A stretch of 59,212 nt of DNA from Chitinophagales bacterium (GTDB lineage Bacteria; Bacteroidota; Bacteroidia; Chitinophagales; JADIYW01): positions 1 through 59,212 of the forward strand of contig JBIKPT010000001.1 of assembly GCA_044357355.1 (NCBI GenBank), given 5' to 3'. The notes under the pieces are model-generated. The model saw nothing but the letters and a program-made list of their open reading frames with translations. It did no database searches and was not told the origin of the DNA. Position numbers and translations under genes: made by a program. Of this stretch, positions 53,643-59,212 are shown one piece after another; positions within the stretch are counted from its first letter, which is position 1, and each line of letters starts with the position of its first letter.

Positions 53643-54764
53643 TTACACCAAACTCTTCACTTTTTCCACCATCACTTGCCAGCTATATTTTTTCTTTTCT
53701 TCTAAAATATTTTGGATGAATTCAGACTCTTTGTTTTCCTTATAAAACTTAAGAATGGCATTTGCCACATCTTGTTCGTTTGGTTCTACCACAAAACCAA
53801 CTTTATTGTTCGGCACAATTTCCGGCAGTCCGCCAACATTGGTGACCAGCATCGGTTTATTAAAATGATAGCAGATTTGCGTGACACCGCTTTGCGTTGC
53901 ATGTTTATAGGGTTGCACCACCATATCCGCCGCACAAAAATAGTTCACCACTTCATTATCAGGAATAAAGCGTGTGTGTAACTCCAACTTATCTTTCAAA
54001 TTCAAATCCTGGATTAATTTTTCATATTCTTCCTTGTTGGAATAATATTCACCGGCAACAATCAGGTGTATATCAAAATTTCTCAATCCGTCTGTCGCCA
54101 TGGCTTTCAGCAAAATATCCAAGCCTTTATAATCACGTATCAATCCAAAAAATAAAATGTATTTTTTAGCAGTATCTAATTTTAATTGCTGAATAGCATC
54201 TTGTTTTGAAATCGCTTCACCATAATTATCAAACAACGGATGCGGATTTAATAAACGTGGTTTTGTTTTATCAAACACACTTAAATCATTGCACACCGAA
54301 GCACTCATCGCAATAAATCCATCAACACTATTTACAAAATACTGCGTGAAAAATGTATCGCCGATTCGTTTTTCGTGTGGAATGATATTATCCAAAATGG
54401 AAATAATCTTAGTGTGTTTATTGCTTTTCACGATTCGGCAAATAGTACCTAAACAGGGTGCCATAAACGGCAACCAGAATTTCACCACTAAAACATCCGG
54501 TTTTTGTTTCCTGATTTTTAAACCCACTTTTATCCAGTTAAACGGATTGATGGAATTCACAGAAACATGTATCGTTAAATTTTCAGGTTTTGGCAACGAT
54601 GAATATTGCGTGGTGCCCGGAAATAAAAACTCTGGATACTGCAAGGAAAATGTTTCAATCGTTACCTGATCTTTCTCTTGTAGAAATTCATTTGCCAGAC
54701 GTTCATTGTACGCTGCCAAACCACCACGCAATGGATGCGCCGAACCAAGAATTACTACTTTCAT
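53643..54764 (-). CDS. Glycosyltransferase family 4 (GT1-fold)
   Basis: 373 aa. MKVVILGSAHPLRGG N-terminus and VGGLPEIV...GFVVEP C-terminal GT-B pattern. Confidence 0.7.
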   Translation of the reverse strand: MKVVILGSAHPLRGGLAAYNERLANEFLQEKDQVTIETFSLQYPEFLFPGTTQYSSLPKPENLTIHVSVNSINPFNWIKVGLKIRKQKPDVLVVKFWLPFMAPCLGTICRIVKSNKHTKIISILDNIIPHEKRIGDTFFTQYFVNSVDGFIAMSASVCNDLSVFDKTKPRLLNPHPLFDNYGEAISKQDAIQQLKLDTAKKYILFFGLIRDYKGLDILLKAMATDGLRNFDIHLIVAGEYYSNKEEYEKLIQDLNLKDKLELHTRFIPDNEVVNYFCAADMVVQPYKHATQSGVTQICYHFNKPMLVTNVGGLPEIVPNNKVGFVVEPNEQDVANAILKFYKENKESEFIQNILEEKKKYSWQVMVEKVKSLV

Positions 54765-54769
54765 ACCTT

Positions 54770-54787
54770 AAATCCCTAATGGGATTT
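54770..54787. other. Short hairpin aaatccc-taat-gggattt in the leuB-GT4 spacer
   Basis: 7-bp stem and 4-nt loop. The T-run follows on the plus strand only, so it is not a classic terminator for the minus-strand genes. Shares the ccctaa/tagggat word with 29968-29988. Confidence 0.4.
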
Positions 54788-54789
54788 TT

Positions 54790-55854
54790 TTAATTATTTA
54801 AAACGAATTCTACAATTTTATCACCAACTTGCGAAGTTGAATATTTTCCGTGATTGATATCTTCTGTAACAAAATTTTCGTTCATAGCTTTGTCTACTGC
54901 ATCTACGATGGCTTTGCTTTCTTCCAGTAAACCAAAACTATATTCTAACAACATGGCTGCTGACAAAATCGTTGCCATCGGATTGGCAATATTTTTTCCG
55001 GCTGCCTGCGGATAAGAACCGTGGATTGGTTCATACAACGCAATCTTATGACCAATAGATGCCGAAGGCAAAACGCCTAAACTACCTGCAATTACAGAAG
55101 CTTCATCGCTAATGATATCGCCGAATAAATTTTCGGTCAGAATCACATCAAACTTACTTGGTTTGGTAATGACTTCCATCGCCGCACTATCAATATAATT
55201 GCATTCCAATTCTATATCTGGAAATTGTTTCGCATATTCCGTTACGGTTTCACGCCACAAACGTGAGGTTGCCAGCACATTGGCTTTGTCTAACAAGGTT
55301 ACTTTTTTTCTTCTATTCATGGCAAACTGAAATGCCTTTTCTGTGATCCGTAAAATTTCATCTTTGGTGTATACACAGGTATCATATGCAATAGTTTGGT
55401 CTTCGCTTCTGCCGCGTGGTTTTCCAAAATAAATTCCGGAAATTAATTCACGCACCACCACAAAATCAACCCCTTTTATTCTGTCATTTTTTAAAGGTGA
55501 AGCATCTAATAATGCGTCATAACTTTTCACCGGACGAATATTTGCATATAACCCTAAATTACTGCGCATTTTCAACAAACCTTGTTCAGGACGAATTTTT
55601 GCTGTTGGGTCATTATCGTATTTCGGGTCGCCAATGGCACCAAATAAAATGGCATCGCTGGTTAAACATAATTCGTGTGTATCATCAGGATATGGATTTC
55701 CCGTTTTATAAATAGCAGCTGCACCAATTAAACCATACTCATATGAAAATTCATGATGGTACTTTTTTTCAATCGCTTTTAATACCTTAACTGCCTGTTC
55801 AATAATTTCAGGACCAATGCCATCTCCGGGCAAAACTGCAATCTTCTTGTTCAT
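54790..55854 (-). CDS. leuB: 3-isopropylmalate dehydrogenase
   Basis: KIAVLPGDGIGPEI N-terminus and NLFGDIISDEASVIAGSLG isocitrate/isopropylmalate dehydrogenase signature. 354 aa. Confidence 0.9.
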   Translation of the reverse strand: MNKKIAVLPGDGIGPEIIEQAVKVLKAIEKKYHHEFSYEYGLIGAAAIYKTGNPYPDDTHELCLTSDAILFGAIGDPKYDNDPTAKIRPEQGLLKMRSNLGLYANIRPVKSYDALLDASPLKNDRIKGVDFVVVRELISGIYFGKPRGRSEDQTIAYDTCVYTKDEILRITEKAFQFAMNRRKKVTLLDKANVLATSRLWRETVTEYAKQFPDIELECNYIDSAAMEVITKPSKFDVILTENLFGDIISDEASVIAGSLGVLPSASIGHKIALYEPIHGSYPQAAGKNIANPMATILSAAMLLEYSFGLLEESKAIVDAVDKAMNENFVTEDINHGKYSTSQVGDKIVEFVLNN

Positions 55855-55858
55855 AAAT

Positions 55859-55866
55859 CAAAAATA
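55859..55866 (-). promoter_or_regulatory. Candidate -7 box for leuB (leaderless)
   Basis: The minus strand reads TATTTTTG, 4 nt before ATG 55854. Confidence 0.3.
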
Positions 55867-55930
55867 AACAAGATTAAAGTATAAATTATCTAAGTTGTGT
55901 TATTAAATTTATATTGATAGAATTCATGGA

Positions 55931-58900
55931 TTGAAACTATTTCCCTTCATAGCGATATTACTGGCTGCAATGAGTCATTCATACGGCAAAGGCAATGACA
56001 TGTCTGCACAGAAAGTAAAAGCCATTAAATTGCTGGTGTACGATGAACAAAATGTATCTGCATTAAAGATATTCACTCAGGAAATTACAGAATCCGGACA
56101 GCAGAAAAATGCAAAAGAAACAGCCGACAACATCTATTGGATCAGTGAATGTCTTTTCAGGCTAAAGAAGTTTACATTCCTGGATACGTTGCTGCAAACA
56201 GGAATACCTTTTACACAAAATCATAAATCGGATGCATTTTTAAAACTGAAGACAATAGAAGCAAAATACCTTATAGAAAAAGGGAATTACAAGAAAGCTA
56301 TTCAACTTTTAAGCGAACTGTCTTCACAGATAAAAGACATTAGTCAGCTTTGCGAAATACGACTGACACTGGCAGATGCCAACCAGCGGCTGCAGTTGTT
56401 GGATCAAAGCAAACTCCATTATGACTATGTGCTAAAAAATGCCACAGATATTGCACAACAGGCCAGAGCAAACAATGGATTAGGCAGTTATTATTGCATA
56501 TTATCTGATTTTGATTCTGCCGTTATCTACTACAACAGTGCCTTCAAACAGTTTCAGCAGGAACTGGGTGAACAACATTCCAGAATCGGGCAAGTGCATT
56601 ACAACCTGGGATTAATTTCAGATCGCAGGTTTGATTTATATGAGGCAGAACAGCATTTCACTAAAGCATTGCAGCTTTACAAAAACCGGCTCGGCGATTT
56701 GCACCCAAGAACGGCAGAAACCTATGGTTCTTTGGGCAGCTTGTTTTTCATGAAAGATAACCCGGGCAAAGCACTAAATTACTCCATAAAGGAACAGGAT
56801 ATTTTACTGGAATTATACGGCAAAGACAATCCTGATTTAGCTTATTCCTATCTCAGTTGCGGCAAAATATTTTATTTGCTGGGTGACAAAATACAATCGG
56901 AACAGCAACTTTTGTTTGCGCTTGATTTGGTGAAAAAATATTTTGGTGTAAATCACAATTTATACCCGCAATGTGTTGTTGAACTATCGAAAATATATAC
57001 TGAAAGGAAGCAGTTCAGCGAAGCCGAAATGATATTAATCGCATGTATAAAACTCAAACAAAACGATCCTGACGAACTTCTGGCTGACCTGTACTTACAG
57101 TTTGCACAGAATTATTTACAACAACATAAGACAGACAAAGCACACAAGCATTTTGCACTGGCAAACAGGATTTATATTCGTATTTATGGTGATAAAAATA
57201 CGCATTCCGTTGAGGCCGTACTAGGATTATCAGATTCCTATTTACAAAAAGGAGATTTTAAAACGGCATATTCTTATGCAAAACTTGCATATGCAAAAAC
57301 AACCCAAAACAATAAAATCACATTACCCTACGACCATTGGGAATGTTTGCTGCATGCAATAGCCTGTAAAAAAGAATTATTAACCCGAAATCTAATAAGG
57401 CATCCCGACATAAAACTGTACATTGAAAACATAAAAGATGTCATTAGAGAAGCAACCCTTATCAAACAAACTTACTATTCTACCAGCAGTCATTTATACT
57501 ATGCGGAACGGATGGCAGAACTGAACCAGTTGGGCATTTATTATCTCACCCATTTTTACAACAAAACAGATACTTATTTTCTGGATAACTTGCTATTCTT
57601 TGCAGAGAACAATAAGGCCAACTTACTTCGAAATAAAATCATTAATTACAAAGCAACTGAAATTTTGCCCTTGGCTGAAAAAGCCAAATCATCAGTTATA
57701 ACCGGCAGGTTGAATTATTTTATTTCCCTGAACGAAAACCAGGAAACCACACAATACAACATTAATGACTCCATTTTATTTTATCAAAATCTGTATGAAA
57801 CATTTTCTAAATCAATAGAAAAAAAATATCCTAAAATTTATCGGTTGAAATATGGTGAGAAACCGTTAACCGCCAAACAAATACAAGATAAGCTGGACGA
57901 AAATCAAACGTTTCTTGAGTACATCAGTGACAATGAACGCTATTATTTGCTGGCAATTTCCAAAAAGAATATCACTTACAAAATTTGTGGCGACAAACAA
58001 CATATTGACTCATTAATTTCATTGCAAAACGTACACACGATTCTTCAAAAATCAAACAGTAACATCAACAAGCAAATCGCTAAACATTTGCTTCCAACAA
58101 CAATGTTTAAAGAGTTGATAATATCACCAGATGGAAAAATACACTTCCTTGCATTTGACATGTTGCCAACTGAAACAGAAAAGCTGCTAGTCTGTGAACA
58201 TCCTACTCAATTTGCATTTTCAGCCAATACTTATTTTAATCATCAACCGAACAACGAAAAGAAAAATATATTCGGGTTTTATCCTGATTTTTCCAACTCT
58301 TCTTATGCTGTCTTAAACAGTACAAAAGAACACAAGGCACTAAAATTATTTTCCAATTACAATGTATATCATCAGCAAAATGCTACTAAATCTAATTTTA
58401 TCAAAACCGCCAATAACACCGGAATTATACATATTGCTTCTCATTTAATTATTGACACCATATCTCCGTTATATTCTTATTTAGTCTTTCAGCCTTCGCA
58501 AAATAACACGTTATCTATACATGAGATCTGGAAACTAAGCACCAACACTCAATTGATATCATTAGCCTGCTGTCATAGTAATTTCGGAAAACAACAATCG
58601 GGTGAAGGTGTACAAAATTTTGCCTGGGCATTTCATTATGCAGGCGCACACAATATTCTTTCCACTCAATGGAATGCGCCTGACAAATCCACGGCTGCCA
58701 TTATCAGTGATTTTTACAGGAACCTGCATATCGGAATTCCTAAACAGGAAGCCTTGCGATTAGCAAAAATAAGCTATCTCGAAAACTCTGATGCTATTGG
58801 AAAAGAACCGTATTTTTGGGCAAACCTTAATTTATACGGCGACAAAAGTGCTATCGTTATTCATCCTTATTTCTTTGTAAAATTTTGGTGGATACCTGTT

Positions 58901-58978
58901 TTAGTGCTATTACTTTGTTATCTTGCAATTGTAACTTACAATAAACTCTGCAGAAAAAAGAAATATGACCATCTATAA
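55931..58978 (+). CDS. Secreted or membrane-tethered TPR-repeat CHAT-domain (caspase-like) protein
   Basis: TTG start, signal peptide, about 450 aa of TPR-like repeats. CHAT dyad context GIIHIASHLI (His) and LISLACCHSNFG (Cys). C-terminal TM helix WWIPVLVLLLCYLAIV plus a basic tail. Confidence 0.75.
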   Translation: MKLFPFIAILLAAMSHSYGKGNDMSAQKVKAIKLLVYDEQNVSALKIFTQEITESGQQKNAKETADNIYWISECLFRLKKFTFLDTLLQTGIPFTQNHKSDAFLKLKTIEAKYLIEKGNYKKAIQLLSELSSQIKDISQLCEIRLTLADANQRLQLLDQSKLHYDYVLKNATDIAQQARANNGLGSYYCILSDFDSAVIYYNSAFKQFQQELGEQHSRIGQVHYNLGLISDRRFDLYEAEQHFTKALQLYKNRLGDLHPRTAETYGSLGSLFFMKDNPGKALNYSIKEQDILLELYGKDNPDLAYSYLSCGKIFYLLGDKIQSEQQLLFALDLVKKYFGVNHNLYPQCVVELSKIYTERKQFSEAEMILIACIKLKQNDPDELLADLYLQFAQNYLQQHKTDKAHKHFALANRIYIRIYGDKNTHSVEAVLGLSDSYLQKGDFKTAYSYAKLAYAKTTQNNKITLPYDHWECLLHAIACKKELLTRNLIRHPDIKLYIENIKDVIREATLIKQTYYSTSSHLYYAERMAELNQLGIYYLTHFYNKTDTYFLDNLLFFAENNKANLLRNKIINYKATEILPLAEKAKSSVITGRLNYFISLNENQETTQYNINDSILFYQNLYETFSKSIEKKYPKIYRLKYGEKPLTAKQIQDKLDENQTFLEYISDNERYYLLAISKKNITYKICGDKQHIDSLISLQNVHTILQKSNSNINKQIAKHLLPTTMFKELIISPDGKIHFLAFDMLPTETEKLLVCEHPTQFAFSANTYFNHQPNNEKKNIFGFYPDFSNSSYAVLNSTKEHKALKLFSNYNVYHQQNATKSNFIKTANNTGIIHIASHLIIDTISPLYSYLVFQPSQNNTLSIHEIWKLSTNTQLISLACCHSNFGKQQSGEGVQNFAWAFHYAGAHNILSTQWNAPDKSTAAIISDFYRNLHIGIPKQEALRLAKISYLENSDAIGKEPYFWANLNLYGDKSAIVIHPYFFVKFWWIPVLVLLLCYLAIVTYNKLCRKKKYDHL

Positions 58979-59212
58979 AATTCTATGGCGAAATGCCTTG
59001 GTTTATTTGATGTTATTTGTAGTACTGCTGGTAGCAGGAACCTCAGGTTATATGCTGCTGCAGGATTTTCCGTTTCTAGATGCGCTGTACATGACCACTA
59101 TAACACTGGCATCCGTTGGCTTTTCCGAGACCCGACCGCTGGACAACACCGGAAGAGTTTTCACCATTGTTCTTATTTTAGCCAACCTTGGAATTCTCAC
59201 CTATGTAATAAC
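58965..59212 (+). CDS. Potassium channel family protein, N-terminal part (3' end off-window)
   Basis: ATG at 58965 overlaps the CHAT stop by 14 nt. MTIYKILWRN...TITLASVGFSE pore-loop-like motif between two TM helices. The frame is open to the window end. Not in the ORF track because no stop is reached. Confidence 0.55.
   Translation, partial: MTIYKILWRNALVYLMLFVVLLVAGTSGYMLLQDFPFLDALYMTTITLASVGFSETRPLDNTGRVFTIVLILANLGILTYVI

Noticed and set aside
9771-54787. Short tandem words as a CRISPR array.
   Set aside because: The units are 7-9 nt, occur in 2-4 copies, and are directly abutting with no spacers. They sit at many separate loci, and there are no cas genes. This is incompatible with CRISPR architecture.
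55931-58978. TPR-CHAT protein as a type III-E CRISPR (Craspase/Csx29-like) effector.
   Set aside because: There is no CRISPR array and no gRAMP/Cas7-11 or other cas gene in the window. The protein has a signal peptide and a C-terminal membrane anchor, implying an extracytoplasmic location.
1-59212. tRNA, rRNA, riboswitch, transposase/integrase or prophage content.
   Set aside because: None of the spacers longer than 100 nt shows cloverleaf-like or known riboswitch features by eye. Those spacers are 2614-2728, 5089-5242, 9761-9958, 21399-21585, 22987-23152, 28108-28221, 43610-43714 and 44375-44479. No ORF has transposase, integrase or phage motifs. This was a visual check only; tRNAscan-SE/Infernal would be needed for certainty.

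Overview
This is an AT-rich chromosomal segment with clear Bacteroidota hallmarks: T9SS C-terminal sorting domains, TonB proteins with the NKEYGAY N-terminus, TAnnTTTG -7 boxes and no Shine-Dalgarno sequences. About 54 protein genes are tightly packed. By eye I found no rRNA, tRNA, CRISPR array, transposase or integrase. Main blocks: (i) 1-21.4 kb is a surface-polysaccharide locus (Wza-like, Wzz-like, Wzx flippase, GT4, GtrA, MBOAT plus an SGNH/DltD-like partner, acyltransferase_3). It encloses a self-contained two-gene type I PKS (KS-AT-KR-ACP and KS-AT-ACP) with a type II thioesterase and an Sfp-type PPTase. This is the most unusual system in the window. (ii) 21.6-29.5 kb carries mnmE, exbB-exbD-exbD-tonB-tonB, a PstS-like lipoprotein and gltA. 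(iii) 29.5-36.2 kb is a Cys/His-motif-rich island with two MbnP-like and two MbnH-like di-haem peroxidase genes, a peroxidase gene remnant, two DUF4625-like lipoproteins and a small outer-membrane barrel. (iv) 36.3-40.2 kb carries hflX, a leaderless metzincin and gmhA-hddC-gmhB. (v) 41.3-43.6 kb is a cytoplasmic trypsin-like protease and a partner gene that share a homologous module. (vi) 43.7-52.1 kb carries a NarL-type regulator plus a DUF4856-imelysin-HTTM-TonB-receptor-peroxidase-cytochrome c locus. (vii) 52.2-59.2 kb carries hddA, a TonB-C protein, GT4, leuB, a secreted TPR-CHAT protein and the start of a K+ channel gene. Independently of the genes, the short spacers hold a dispersed family of 7-9 nt head-to-tail word repeats, plus a CATAG-rich inverted-repeat element present in at least two copies. 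All calls rest on motif recognition by eye; no searches were run.
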